Source: Candidatus Eiseniibacteriota bacterium (GTDB lineage Bacteria > Eisenbacteria > RBG-16-71-46). From it: a DNA stretch of 64,000 bases. The notes below the pieces were generated by a model. That model was not told the origin of the DNA and ran no database searches. It saw only the letters and a program-made list of their open reading frames with translations. The DNA lies in contig JBGAML010000005.1 of the NCBI GenBank assembly GCA_044223005.1, forward strand, positions 128,001-192,000. Direction: 5' to 3'. Below are positions 54,528 to 64,000 of this stretch, in pieces. How positions within the stretch are numbered: position 1 is the first letter of the stretch; each line of letters starts with the position of its first letter. The translations under genes were made by a program, and so were the position numbers.

Positions 54528-55639
54528 GGCAGCGTCTGCACCTCGACCGAGAGCACCGCGGGGAGGTCGTGCACGATCGCCTTCCAGTGGTCCCCCGAAT
54601 CGGCGGAGGCGTAGACCTGGCCGCCCGTCGTGCCGAAGTAGATGCCGCAGTCCTCGAGCGAGTCCACGGCCATCGCCTCGCGCAGCACGTTCACGTAGCA
54701 GTTCTCCTGCGGCAGGCCGTTCGTCAGCGCTTCCCACTCGTTTCCGCCCGTGCGGCTGCGGTAGACGCGCAGCTTGCCGTCGAGCGGGAAGTGCTCGGAG
54801 TCGCTCTTGATCGGGACCACGTACACCGTGTCGGGCTCGTGCGCGTGCACGTCGATCGGGAACCCGAAGTCGGTCGGCAGGTTCCCGCTCACCTCGCGCC
54901 ACGTTTCGCCGGCGTCGTCGGTACGCATGACGTCCCAGTGCTTCTGCATGAACAGCGTGCGCGGCCGCGAGGGGTGCATGGCGATCCGATGCACGCAGTG
55001 GCCGACCTCGGCCTCGGGCTCGGGCATGAAGTTGGAGACGAGCCCCTTGTTGATCGGCTTCCACGTCGCGCCCGCGTCGTCGCTGCGGAACGCGCCCGCC
55101 GCCGAGATCGCGATGAAGATGCGCCCCGGGTTCGCGCGGTCGAGCACGATCGTGTGCAGGCCCATGCCGCCCGCACCGGGCATCCAGTTCGGGCCCGAGC
55201 CGTGGCCACGCAGGCCGGAGAGCTCGGTCCACGTGGCGCCGCCGTCGGTGCTCCGGAAGAGCGCCGCGTCCTCGACGCCCGCGTAGACGGTGTTCGCGTC
55301 GGTGGGCGAAGGCTCGAAGTGCCACACGCGCTTGAACTCCCACGGGTGCGGCGTGCCGTCGTACCACTGGTGCGTGCCGGTGACGCCGTCGTACGTGAAC
55401 TGGTCGCCCACGGGCGTCCACGTGCGGCCGCCGTCGTCCGAGCGCTGCACCTTCTGGCCGAACCAGCCGCTCGTCTGCGAGGCCCACATGCGGTCGGGCG
55501 CGGCCGGCGAGCCCTTCACGTGGTAGATCTCCCAGCCGGCGAAATGCGGTCCGTCGACCTGCCAGCGCTCGCGCTTGCCGTCCGACGTGAGGATGAAGGC
55601 ACCCTTGCGCGTCCCGACCAGCACGCGTACGCGACTCAT
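54524..55639 (-). CDS. BNR/Asp-box beta-propeller (sialidase-like) protein
   Basis: [10 protein letters not shown]; repeated [24 protein letters not shown] boxes. Confidence 0.9.
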   Translation of the reverse strand: MSRVRVLVGTRKGAFILTSDGKRERWQVDGPHFAGWEIYHVKGSPAAPDRMWASQTSGWFGQKVQRSDDGGRTWTPVGDQFTYDGVTGTHQWYDGTPHPWEFKRVWHFEPSPTDANTVYAGVEDAALFRSTDGGATWTELSGLRGHGSGPNWMPGAGGMGLHTIVLDRANPGRIFIAISAAGAFRSDDAGATWKPINKGLVSNFMPEPEAEVGHCVHRIAMHPSRPRTLFMQKHWDVMRTDDAGETWREVSGNLPTDFGFPIDVHAHEPDTVYVVPIKSDSEHFPLDGKLRVYRSRTGGNEWEALTNGLPQENCYVNVLREAMAVDSLEDCGIYFGTTGGQVYASADSGDHWKAIVHDLPAVLSVEVQTLP

Positions 55640-55854
55640 GACTCGCTCCTTTCGCCCAGGCCCCAACCCGGCGCGCCATCGCACACCGGCGCGAGAGCGG
55701 CCAGCGTAGCCGAGCCGCGCGGTGTGCGCACCGGCGATCGCGACGAGCGGGGGAGCGGGCCGCGACCAGCGCGGGAACTCCTTGCCGCTGCCGCGCGACG
55801 CGTGTTACACGGGGACGCGTTCGCAGGACGCGCACCTTCACCCGGTGGTCCGAC

Positions 55855-57144
55855 ATGAACGCCGACGCACCCGTTCGCCGACCTTGGGTCTGGATTCCCA
55901 CGCTCTACCTCGCCGAGGGCCTGCCCTACGTCGTGGTGATGAGCGTGTCGGTCATCCTCTACAAGAAGGTGCTCGCGATCTCCAATACCGAGATCGCATT
56001 CTGGACGAGCGGCCTCTACCTGCCGTGGGTGATCAAGCCGCTCTGGTCGCCGTTCGTGGACCTGCTCGGCACGCGCCGCCGCTGGATCTGGATCGCGCAG
56101 TGGCTGATCGGCCTCGGCTTCGCCGGCATCGCGTTCGCGCTGCCGGGCGAGCATGCCTTCCGCGCGACCCTGGCGTTCTTCTGGCTGCTGGCGTTCGCCT
56201 CGGCCACGCACGACATCGCCGCCGACGGCTTCTACATGCTCGGCACCGACGAGCGCGAGCAGGCGCTGTTCGTCGGCGTGCGCAGCCTCTTCTACCGCAT
56301 CGCGACGATCGCGGGGCAGGGGCTGCTCGTCTGGCTCGCCGGCACGCTCGTCGACCGCGGCCACGAACCGCACCGCGCATGGACGGCGATCTTCGCCGGG
56401 CTCGCGGCGGCGTTCGGTCTGTTCGGCACGTGGCACCGGTTCGTGCTGCCGCGCCCCGAGACGGACCGGCCGGGCGACGCGCGGCGCGCGGCGGAGTTCG
56501 TGCGCGAGTTCCTGCGCACGTTCGGGTCGTTCTTCCGCAAGCCGGGCATCGGGCGCACGCTGCTCTTCCTGCTGCTCTTCCGTCTCGGCGAGGCGCAGCT
56601 GGTCAAGATGGTCTCGCCGTTCCTGCTCGACCCGCGCGAGCAGGGGGGGCTCGGGCTCAGCACGGCGCAGGTCGGCTCCTACTACGGCACGTTCGGGATC
56701 ATCGCGCTCACGATCGGCGGCATCGTCGGCGGCTGGGTCGCTTCGCGCCACGGGCTCAAGGCGTGGATCTGGCCCATGCTGTTCGCGATCCACCTGCCGG
56801 ACGCGGCGTTCATCTACCTCGCGTACGCCCAGCCCGTGAACACGGCGGTGATCCAAGCGTGCATCATGGTGGAGCAGTTCGGCTACGGCTTCGGGTTCAC
56901 CGCCTACCTGCTCTACATGCTCCAGGTCTCGCGCGGCGAGCACCAGACGGCGCACTACGCGATCTGCACGGGCTTCATGGCCATGGGCATGATGTTCCCG
57001 GGCATGTGGAGCGGCTGGCTGCAGGACCACATCGGCTACCGGCACTTCTTCGTCTGGGTGCTCGTGGCGACGATCCCGAGCTTCCTCGTCGTGTGGGGCC
57101 TGCCGGTCGAAGCGGGGCTCGGGCGCCGCAAGGCGTCGTCGTAG
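55855..57144 (+). CDS. AmpG-like MFS permease
   Basis: [35 protein letters not shown]. Confidence 0.88.
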   Translation: MNADAPVRRPWVWIPTLYLAEGLPYVVVMSVSVILYKKVLAISNTEIAFWTSGLYLPWVIKPLWSPFVDLLGTRRRWIWIAQWLIGLGFAGIAFALPGEHAFRATLAFFWLLAFASATHDIAADGFYMLGTDEREQALFVGVRSLFYRIATIAGQGLLVWLAGTLVDRGHEPHRAWTAIFAGLAAAFGLFGTWHRFVLPRPETDRPGDARRAAEFVREFLRTFGSFFRKPGIGRTLLFLLLFRLGEAQLVKMVSPFLLDPREQGGLGLSTAQVGSYYGTFGIIALTIGGIVGGWVASRHGLKAWIWPMLFAIHLPDAAFIYLAYAQPVNTAVIQACIMVEQFGYGFGFTAYLLYMLQVSRGEHQTAHYAICTGFMAMGMMFPGMWSGWLQDHIGYRHFFVWVLVATIPSFLVVWGLPVEAGLGRRKASS

Positions 57145-57275
57145 AGGCGGTCGCTCCCGGGCGAAACGCGCGATTACCGCGTGACGCCGGGCCGAGCGGG
57201 GTGGTACGGTGCCTCATTCCCCGCGCGCATCGTGCGCGAGCCCGGGGGGCCACCCGCGAACCACGGCGGAACCGC

Positions 57276-58733
57276 TTGCAGAACTTCTCCTTCGCCGCAC
57301 CCACGGACGCCGGCACGCTCGCGCTGCCGTCGATCATCCAGGGCGGCATGGGTGTCGGTGTCTCGAATTGGAAGCTGGCCAACGCCGTCGCGAGCCTGCG
57401 TCAGCTCGGCGTCGTCTCCGGCACCGTGATCGACTCCGTGCTCGTGCGACGGCTGCAGGACGGCGATCCCGGCGGCGCGGTGCGTCGTGCCATGGAACAC
57501 TTCCCGATGCCGAACGTGAGCGCCGAGGCACTCCGGCGCTACTTCCGGCCCGAGGGACGTGAGCCGGGCGAACCCTACGCGATGCTGCCGATGTGCCAGC
57601 AGGTGATGAGCCAGGCGCGCGAGCAGCTCGCGATGCTGGCCTCGTTCGTCGAGGTGCACCTCGCGAAGGAAGGGCACGACGGACTCGTCGGCGTCAACCT
57701 CCTCACCAAGGTCCAGATCCCGAACCTCGCGCTCCTCTACGGGGCCATGCTCGCGGGCGTCGACTTCGTGCTGATGGGCGCGGGCATTCCGCGCGAGATT
57801 CCCGGCGTGCTCGACGCGTTCGCGGTGCACCGCCCCGCCGAGCTGAAGCTCGACCTCGCCGGTGCCGAGCCGGGCCGCGTCGAACTGCTGCGGCTCGATC
57901 CTGCGACGCATTGGGCGCCCCCGCCGGGCGAGCTCAAGCGGCCGCGGTTCCTGCCGATCGTCGCCAGCCACTCGCTCGCGACCGTGCTCGCGCGCAAGGC
58001 GAGCGGGCGCGTCGATGGCTTCGTGATCGAAGGTCCGACCGCCGGCGGCCACAACGCGCCGCCGCGCGGCGTCACGCCGTCCGATGCGACGCCCGAGTAC
58101 GGCCCGCGCGACGAAGTCGACCTGCGCAAGATCGCCGACCTCGGCCTGCCGTTCTGGCTGGCGGGAGGGACCGGCCACCCGGACCGCCTGCGCGAAGCGC
58201 GCGCGGCGGGCGCCACCGGGATCCAGGTCGGAACGCTGTTCGCCTACTGCGACGAATCCGGCATCGCGCCCGAGCTGAAGCGCGAAGTGCTTTCGCACGC
58301 CGCGCGGGGCGACGTGAGCGTGCGCACCGACTGGCGCGCGTCGCCGACCGGTTATCCGTTCAAGGTGGTCAGCTGGGGCGGCAACGGCGAAGCGGACGCC
58401 AAGCGGGAGCGCATCTGCGATCTCGGTTACCTGCGCGAGGCGTACGCGATGCCCGGCGGCCGCATCGGCTACCGCTGCGCGAGCGAGCCCGGCGACGCGT
58501 TCGTCGCCAAGGGCGGCGATCCGGCCGAACTCGCGGGGCGGAAGTGCCTCTGCAACGCCCTGCTCGCGACGATCGGGCACGCCCAGCCGCGGCCCGACGG
58601 TACGGTGGAGCCGCCGCTGCTCACGAGCGGCGACGACCTCGAGAAGATCGCCACGTTCCTGCAGGGGCGGACGAGCTATTCGGCCGCCGACGTCGTGTCG
58701 TACCTGCTCGGCGACGACGCCGCGCGGGCCTGA
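57276..58733 (+). CDS. Nitronate monooxygenase family flavoprotein
   Basis: IIQGGMGVGVS, EGPTAGGHN, PFWLAGG, GIQVGTLF, SPTGYPFK; start uncertain. Confidence 0.88.
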   Translation: MQNFSFAAPTDAGTLALPSIIQGGMGVGVSNWKLANAVASLRQLGVVSGTVIDSVLVRRLQDGDPGGAVRRAMEHFPMPNVSAEALRRYFRPEGREPGEPYAMLPMCQQVMSQAREQLAMLASFVEVHLAKEGHDGLVGVNLLTKVQIPNLALLYGAMLAGVDFVLMGAGIPREIPGVLDAFAVHRPAELKLDLAGAEPGRVELLRLDPATHWAPPPGELKRPRFLPIVASHSLATVLARKASGRVDGFVIEGPTAGGHNAPPRGVTPSDATPEYGPRDEVDLRKIADLGLPFWLAGGTGHPDRLREARAAGATGIQVGTLFAYCDESGIAPELKREVLSHAARGDVSVRTDWRASPTGYPFKVVSWGGNGEADAKRERICDLGYLREAYAMPGGRIGYRCASEPGDAFVAKGGDPAELAGRKCLCNALLATIGHAQPRPDGTVEPPLLTSGDDLEKIATFLQGRTSYSAADVVSYLLGDDAARA

Positions 58734-58764
58734 CGCGCTACGCCCTGCTCCCGGGAGGGTGACC

Positions 58765-59199
58765 ATGGCCGCGACGCCGCAGAACTACGCCAACCACGCC
58801 CGCTTCGAGCCGCTGTTCCACTTCGTCTGCTTCCCGCTGCTGCTCGCGTACTTCATCCACGCGACGCGGCGGTTCCTGCAGGTGCCGGACCTCGACCATT
58901 TCTTCCCGATGATCCTCGGGCTCGGCCTGCTGCTGCTGGCGTGGTACACGCGGGTCTTCGCGCTGACGGTCCAGGACCGCGTGATCCGGCTGGAATTGGC
59001 TCTGCGCGTGCAGCGCCTGGCGCCGGAACTCGCATCGCGCTTCGGGACGCTGACGCGCTCGCAGTTCACGGCGCTCCGCTTCGCCGGCGACGCCGAGTTC
59101 GCGGGCCTGCTGCGCGAGGCGCTGGATGGCAAGCTGCCGGACGGCCGGTCGATCAAGCGGCGCGTGCAGGACTGGCAGGCGGATCACCTGCGCGCCTGA
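58765..59199 (+). CDS. DUF6526-like membrane protein
   Basis: QNYANHARF.P.FHF, VQDRVIRLE, ALRFA.D.E, WQADHLR. Confidence 0.8.
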   Translation: MAATPQNYANHARFEPLFHFVCFPLLLAYFIHATRRFLQVPDLDHFFPMILGLGLLLLAWYTRVFALTVQDRVIRLELALRVQRLAPELASRFGTLTRSQFTALRFAGDAEFAGLLREALDGKLPDGRSIKRRVQDWQADHLRA

Positions 59200-59242
59200 G
59201 CGCGGGGCGATGCGGCGCGCGGCGCGAGCGGCCGCGCGCGCG

Positions 59243-59611
59243 TCACTCGTGACTTTCCTCCGCGGCGGCTTCGAGCGCCTCGGGAGGGACCTGCGCCGCG
59301 ATCAGCTCGCGGGCGGCCTGCTCGTTCTCGCGTGCGACCACGACGCGCACCGCGTGCACGAGGTCGCCGTACTGGATCGGCCCGCCACCCCAGCCCCAGA
59401 CGCGCTCGCCGGCCGCGTTCTCGACGCCGCAGGGGATGCCTTCCGCCTCGAGCAGCGAGGTCACGACGGGAAGCAGGGTCGCGTCGCGCGTGGCGAGCAC
59501 GGGGACCACGTCTTCCATGGGATCCGGCGGCACGGGCGCGAGCACCGTTCCGCAGGCGGGACACGAGCTCGGCATGCCGTCGGCTTCGGCGCCACAGCGG
59601 GGACACTTCAT
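59243..59611 (-). CDS. Zinc-ribbon + DUF2007 (PII-like signal) protein
   Basis: MKCPRCG...CPACG; SLLEAEGIP...VRVVV...ARELI. Confidence 0.82.
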   Translation of the reverse strand: MKCPRCGAEADGMPSSCPACGTVLAPVPPDPMEDVVPVLATRDATLLPVVTSLLEAEGIPCGVENAAGERVWGWGGGPIQYGDLVHAVRVVVARENEQAARELIAAQVPPEALEAAAEESHE

Positions 59612-59764
59612 GGTGACCTCCGTTCGCGCGCGGCCCGTTCGCCGCGCGGGCCCATCGTCGCACCGACCGGCACCGCCCGCCAGCGGCCGCGGCCCCGGGT
59701 GCGGCTCAACCGGCCGCGCCGGCGTGCCGACACCTTCCGGGTCCCCTTTCCACTCGGAGGCCGC

Positions 59765-60430
59765 ATGCCGAACCTGAACGGAAACCTGGTCGCGATCGGC
59801 GCCGGCGGGGTCGTGCTGCTGGTGCTGGCGGTCGGCCCGCTGTTCCGGCTGCTCATCGCCGCGACGATGGGCGGCGTGATCGGCGCCCGCGCGATCGCGC
59901 GACAGCCCGACGAGATCCACCTCGAACCGGCGCCCGCCGAGCCGTGGAGCACCAATCCCCACTGGGCCACCGACGTCGCGGCGCTCGAGGCGCGCGGCTG
60001 CGGGACGGCGGGGATCTACACCGTCCGCGAACTCCCCGGTGTCGTGGTGCGATTGATGGCGCAGTTCTCGGACGGCGTCGCCGTGGCGCTCTACGAACAT
60101 CCCGCGCGCGGGCCGTGGTTCGATCTCACGAGCCGCTTCGCCGACGACACGAGCTACACGATCACGTCGACGCCGCCGACCGGACTGGACCCGCAGCCGG
60201 GCCACGTGGTCGTCCACGCCGCGGGTACGACCGCCGAAGCGGCGTACGCGCGGCTGCTCGCCCAGCGGCCGCGGACGCCGCTGCGCGCCACCCCCGTGGC
60301 CGAGGTGGCGCAGGAGTTCGTGCGCGCATACGCCGAGAGCATCGCGTGGCGCAAGGCCCACGGCGTGAGCCGCCGCGAGGTCGTGAAGCTCGCCGTCCGC
60401 CGGCCGGGGACGGAAGACCGCGCGGCCTGA
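59765..60430 (+). CDS. Hypothetical membrane-anchored protein
   Basis: GGAGG RBS; N-terminal TM segment; host-like codon use. Confidence 0.65.
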   Translation: MPNLNGNLVAIGAGGVVLLVLAVGPLFRLLIAATMGGVIGARAIARQPDEIHLEPAPAEPWSTNPHWATDVAALEARGCGTAGIYTVRELPGVVVRLMAQFSDGVAVALYEHPARGPWFDLTSRFADDTSYTITSTPPTGLDPQPGHVVVHAAGTTAEAAYARLLAQRPRTPLRATPVAEVAQEFVRAYAESIAWRKAHGVSRREVVKLAVRRPGTEDRAA

Positions 60431-60442
60431 GTCCCGGCGTTC

Positions 60443-60477
60443 GACGCCCCGGAGTGCCCCGCGCACTCCGGGGCGTC
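60443..60477. terminator. Hairpin after 59765..60430
   Basis: GACGCCCCGGAGTGC-CCCGC-GCACTCCGGGGCGTC. Confidence 0.55.
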
Positions 60478-60625
60478 TGCATTCGCGCTCGCGCCCCGGT
60501 CCACCGCGCTCGTCGGGCGAACGTCGCGCTCGCGTTGACGCGCCGGGGTCCCTGCGTTCCACTCGGCGCCCGGCGCGCGACCGCGCCTGCCCGCGACCAC
60601 CCGTCGAATCCGCGAGGACTCCCCG

Positions 60626-63600
60626 ATGAACCGCGTGATGACTTCGCTGCTCCTGTCCGTCCTGCTCGCCTCGCCGGTGCTCGCGGCGACCCGGCCCGCC
60701 GCCGGCAAGCCCGCCCGGACGTCGGCTCCCGGTGCGAAGGCTCGCCTCGAATCGGGCACGTTCTCCGCGCTGACGTTCCGCTCGATCGGCCCGGCGGTCA
60801 CCTCGGGCCGCGTCGTGGACCTCGCGGTGGCGCCGGGCGACAAGAGCACGTGGTACGTGGCCACGGCCTACGGCGGCGTGTTCAAGACCACGAATGCCGG
60901 CACGACGTGGTCGCCCATCTTCGACACGCAGGGCACCGCGTCGATCGGCTGCGTGGTCGTGGACCCCACGCGTCCGCTCACGGTGTGGGTGGGCAGCGGC
61001 GAGAACAACAGCCAGCGCAGCGTGGGCTGGGGCGACGGCGTCTACCGCAGCGACGACGGCGGCAAGTCGTGGAAGAACGTCGGCCTCAAGGCGTCCGAGC
61101 ACATCGGGCAGGTCGCGATCGATCCGCACGACCACAACACGGTGCTCGTCGCCGCGCAGGGACCGCTCTGGGCACCGGGCGGCGACCGTGGCGTCTACCG
61201 CACCACCGACGGCGGGGCGACGTGGACGCCGGTGCTGCAGGTGAACGAGTGGACCGGCGCGAACGAGGTACGCTTCGACCCGAACGACCCCGACGTCGCG
61301 TACGCGACGACCTACCAGCGCCACCGCAAGGTGTGGACGCTGGTCGACGGCGGCCCGGGTTCGGGCATCTGGAAGAGCACCGATCGCGGCGTGACGTGGA
61401 CGCGGCTCACGAACGGGCTGCCCAAGGACGACATGGGCCGCATCGGCCTCGCCACCTCGCCGAGCGAGCCGCATGTGGTCTACGCCACGGTCGAGGCGGC
61501 CAACGGCGGCAGCGGCTTCTACCGCAGCACCGACGGCGGCGCGAACTGGGAGAAGCAGAACGACATCACGAGCTCCAGCCCGCAGTACTACCAGGAACTC
61601 TTCGCCGACCCGCGCACGCCGGGCCGGGTCTATTCGATCGACACGTTCCTGCAGGTGACCGACGATGGCGGCAAGACGTGGCGGCGCGCGGGGGAGAAGT
61701 CGAAGCACGTCGACAACCACGTCGTCTGGATCGATCCCGACGACACGCGCCACCTGCTGGTCGGCTGTGACGGCGGGCTCTACGAGTCGTTCGATCGTGC
61801 CGCGACCTGGGACTTCTTCGGCAACCTCCCGATCACGCAGTTCTACAAGCTCGAGGTCGACAACAGCCTGCCGTTCTACTACGTCTACGGCGGCACGCAG
61901 GACAACAACACGCTGGGCGGCCCGTCGCGCACGATCACCACGCACGGCATCCTCAACTCGGACTGGTTCGTGACGACCGGTGGCGACGGCTTCCAGCCCC
62001 GCGTCGACCCCAAGGACCCGAACATCGTCTACTCCGAGTCGCAGCACGCGGGCATCGTGCGGTTCGACCGGCGGACGGGCGAGACGGTGGACATCCAGCC
62101 GCAGCCCGAGCCCGGCGAGCCGGGTTCGCGCTGGAACTGGGACGCACCGTTCATCGTCTCGCCGCACTCGCACACGCGGCTCTACCTCGCGTCGCAGCGG
62201 CTCTGGCGCAGCGACGATCGCGGCGACTCGTGGACCGCGGTGAGCCCGGACCTCACGCGCCAGGTCGATCGCAACCGGCTCGAGGTCATGGGGCGCGTCT
62301 GGAGCGTCGACGCCGTGGCCAAGAACGCGTCGACGTCGTTCTACGGCAACATCGTCGCGCTGAGCGAATCGCCGCTGCGCGAGGGGCTGCTGTACGTGGG
62401 CACGGACGACGGCCTGGTGCAGGCGAGTGAGGACGGTGGCAAGTCCTGGCGGCGGATCGAGAGCTTCCCGGGCGTGGGCGAGTTCGCCTACGTCTCGCGC
62501 GTCGTCGCGTCTCGTCATGCCGCGCCCACGGTCTACGCCACGTTCGACCGGCACAAGATGGGCGACTTCAAGCCCTACGTGCTCAAGAGCACCGACGGTG
62601 GCCGCGCGTGGACCAGCATCGCGGGGAACCTGCCGGCCAACGCGACCGTCTACGCGCTGGCCGAGGATCCGGTGAACCCGGACCTGCTCTACTGCGGCAC
62701 GGAGTTCGGCGCGTTCTTCACGCCCGACGGCGGCCACCAGTGGATCGCCCTCAAGGGCGGCGTCCCCATGCAGTGCATTCGCGACCTGGCCGTGCAGGAG
62801 CGCGACGACGCGCTCGTGCTCGCCACGTTCGGCCGCGGCTTCTACGTGCTCGACGAGCTCGCGCCGCTGCGCCGCATGGCGAGCGAGGCGAAGCTCGCCG
62901 AGGAGGCGGTGCTGCTGCCCGTGCACCGCGCGGCGATGTACGTGCCGGCGAACCCGCTCGGCGGCGGCGGCAAGTCGCAGCAGGGCGAGCGGCTCTACAC
63001 CGGCGAGAACCCGCCGTTCGGCGCCACGTTCACGTACTGGCTCCGCGACGGCTGGAAGTCGCGCCAGGACGCGCGCCGCAAGCGCGAGGGCGAGATCGAG
63101 AAGGAAGGCGGCGACACCTTCTACCCGAGCTGGGATTCGCTGCGCGCCGAGGCGCGGGAAGAGGCGCCGGCGATCGTCTTCACGGTGACGGACGCCGCGG
63201 GCCACGTCGTGCGGCGGATCGAGGGCCCCGCGTCGCAGGGCTTCCACCGCGTGAACTGGGACCTGCGCTGGGCATCGCTCGCGCCCGCCGAGCTCACGCC
63301 GCGCCGGCGGAGCGAGTTCGACGACTCGGCCGACGCGCCGCTCGCCGCGCCGGGGATGTACACGGTCGCGATGGCGAAGCGCGTCGGGGGCGTGACGACC
63401 CCGCTCGGCCAGCCGCAGACGTTCGAGTGCGCGCCCGTGCTCGAGTCCTCGCTGCCGGCCGCCGACCGGCAGGCGCTGCAGGCGTTCGGGCTCCGCACCG
63501 CCGGGCTGCAGCGGCGCGTGCTCGGCGCCGATCGGGCCGTGGCCGAGATGCAGCAGCGTGTGACGCTGCTGGCGAAGGCCGTCGCGTCCACGCGAGTGCC

Positions 63601-63937
63601 GTCGGACGAGCTGCGTGCGAACGTCGTGAAGCTCGGCAACGACCTCAAGGACCTCGGCGTGACGTTCCGCGGCGACCCGGTCGTGCGCGAGCACAACGAG
63701 GTGGCGCCGCCCTCGCTGGTCGAGCGGCTGAACCAGGTGACCGGCGGCAGCTGGAACGCGACCTCCGCGCCGACGAAGACCCACCAGCGCCAGGTCGAGA
63801 TCGTCGCCGCCGAGTTCGAGAAGGCGCTCGTCCGCCTGAAGGAACTGCGCGCGAAGCTGGTCGAACTCGAGGGCGCCGCCGAGACGATGGGGACGCCCTG
63901 GACGCCGGGCCGGCTGCCGGAGTGGAATCCGGAGTAG
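60626..63937 (+). CDS. Secreted VPS10/BNR-repeat protein (putative glycosyl hydrolase)
   Basis: FRSIGPAVTSGRV, many SxDGGxxW boxes, YGGTQDN, LVLATFGRGFY, C-terminal helical region. Confidence 0.92.
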   Translation: MNRVMTSLLLSVLLASPVLAATRPAAGKPARTSAPGAKARLESGTFSALTFRSIGPAVTSGRVVDLAVAPGDKSTWYVATAYGGVFKTTNAGTTWSPIFDTQGTASIGCVVVDPTRPLTVWVGSGENNSQRSVGWGDGVYRSDDGGKSWKNVGLKASEHIGQVAIDPHDHNTVLVAAQGPLWAPGGDRGVYRTTDGGATWTPVLQVNEWTGANEVRFDPNDPDVAYATTYQRHRKVWTLVDGGPGSGIWKSTDRGVTWTRLTNGLPKDDMGRIGLATSPSEPHVVYATVEAANGGSGFYRSTDGGANWEKQNDITSSSPQYYQELFADPRTPGRVYSIDTFLQVTDDGGKTWRRAGEKSKHVDNHVVWIDPDDTRHLLVGCDGGLYESFDRAATWDFFGNLPITQFYKLEVDNSLPFYYVYGGTQDNNTLGGPSRTITTHGILNSDWFVTTGGDGFQPRVDPKDPNIVYSESQHAGIVRFDRRTGETVDIQPQPEPGEPGSRWNWDAPFIVSPHSHTRLYLASQRLWRSDDRGDSWTAVSPDLTRQVDRNRLEVMGRVWSVDAVAKNASTSFYGNIVALSESPLREGLLYVGTDDGLVQASEDGGKSWRRIESFPGVGEFAYVSRVVASRHAAPTVYATFDRHKMGDFKPYVLKSTDGGRAWTSIAGNLPANATVYALAEDPVNPDLLYCGTEFGAFFTPDGGHQWIALKGGVPMQCIRDLAVQERDDALVLATFGRGFYVLDELAPLRRMASEAKLAEEAVLLPVHRAAMYVPANPLGGGGKSQQGERLYTGENPPFGATFTYWLRDGWKSRQDARRKREGEIEKEGGDTFYPSWDSLRAEAREEAPAIVFTVTDAAGHVVRRIEGPASQGFHRVNWDLRWASLAPAELTPRRRSEFDDSADAPLAAPGMYTVAMAKRVGGVTTPLGQPQTFECAPVLESSLPAADRQALQAFGLRTAGLQRRVLGADRAVAEMQQRVTLLAKAVASTRVPSDELRANVVKLGNDLKDLGVTFRGDPVVREHNEVAPPSLVERLNQVTGGSWNATSAPTKTHQRQVEIVAAEFEKALVRLKELRAKLVELEGAAETMGTPWTPGRLPEWNPE

Positions 63938-63952
63938 GCCATCGACGCACCG

Positions 63953-63989
63953 CGCGCGGGGCCCGGTTCGCCGGGCCCCGCGCGTGTTT
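63953..63989 (+). terminator. Intrinsic terminator
   Basis: CGCGCGGGGCCCGG-TTCG-CCGGGCCCCGCGCG followed by TGTTT. Confidence 0.7.
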
Positions 63990-64000
63990 GACGCGGCCAC

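Noticed and set aside
55781..55809. Third TGTAAC (minus strand) upstream of the BNR/MoaD operon as a member of the ECF regulon
   Set aside because: The sequence 16 nt downstream is CGGC, not GCAC, so the -10 element does not match.
59243..64000. 1585-aa minus-strand ORF and other long antisense/alternate-frame ORFs (e.g. 36165..40736, 29926..33087, 30002..33163, 26643..29678)
   Set aside because: These are shadow ORFs of real genes in very GC-rich DNA, with Arg/Ala/Gly-rich low-information translations. Only 59243..59611 of the 1585-aa ORF is a credible gene.

Overview
This is a very GC-rich bacterial window. Six secreted proteins end in an FlgD-Ig/T9SS-CTD-like tail, which suggests Ca. Eisenbacteria or a related FCB-adjacent lineage (inference only). 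The left ~15.4 kb is accessory DNA: a 5'-truncated RHS/YD protein with a cell-wall-binding-repeat-2-like module inserted in its shell, an IS3 remnant, a kinase-FGE-alpha/beta-hydrolase fusion, a DUF4258/MqsA-like toxin-antitoxin pair, and a ~6.4 kb minimal integrative element. That element carries an AbiV-like gene, two excisionase-like HTH genes and a tyrosine integrase. It sits on the 5' side of tRNA-Arg(CCT) and duplicates the 5' half of the tRNA rather than the usual 3' end. About 3.8 kb beyond the tRNA, in host-like DNA, lies a second copy of the same integrase family. It has all catalytic residues but lacks the N-terminal arm-binding domain, and it has a sigma54-type promoter. The middle of the window is dense in secreted proteases (M28, gluzincin, S8). 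It also holds a divergent five-gene locus: a TIMP/OB-like protein, a 3057-aa matrixin exoprotein and a signal-peptide-bearing TPR-CHAT protease on one strand, and a membrane Ser/Thr kinase-TPR plus a DUF928-like TPR protein on the other. The right part has an ECF sigma/zinc anti-sigma pair with two matching candidate promoters (YHS gene and AhpD-like/ArsS operon), transporters, a BNR-propeller/MoaD pair, a nitronate monooxygenase and a VPS10/BNR protein. All family calls come from motif recognition by eye; no searches were run.
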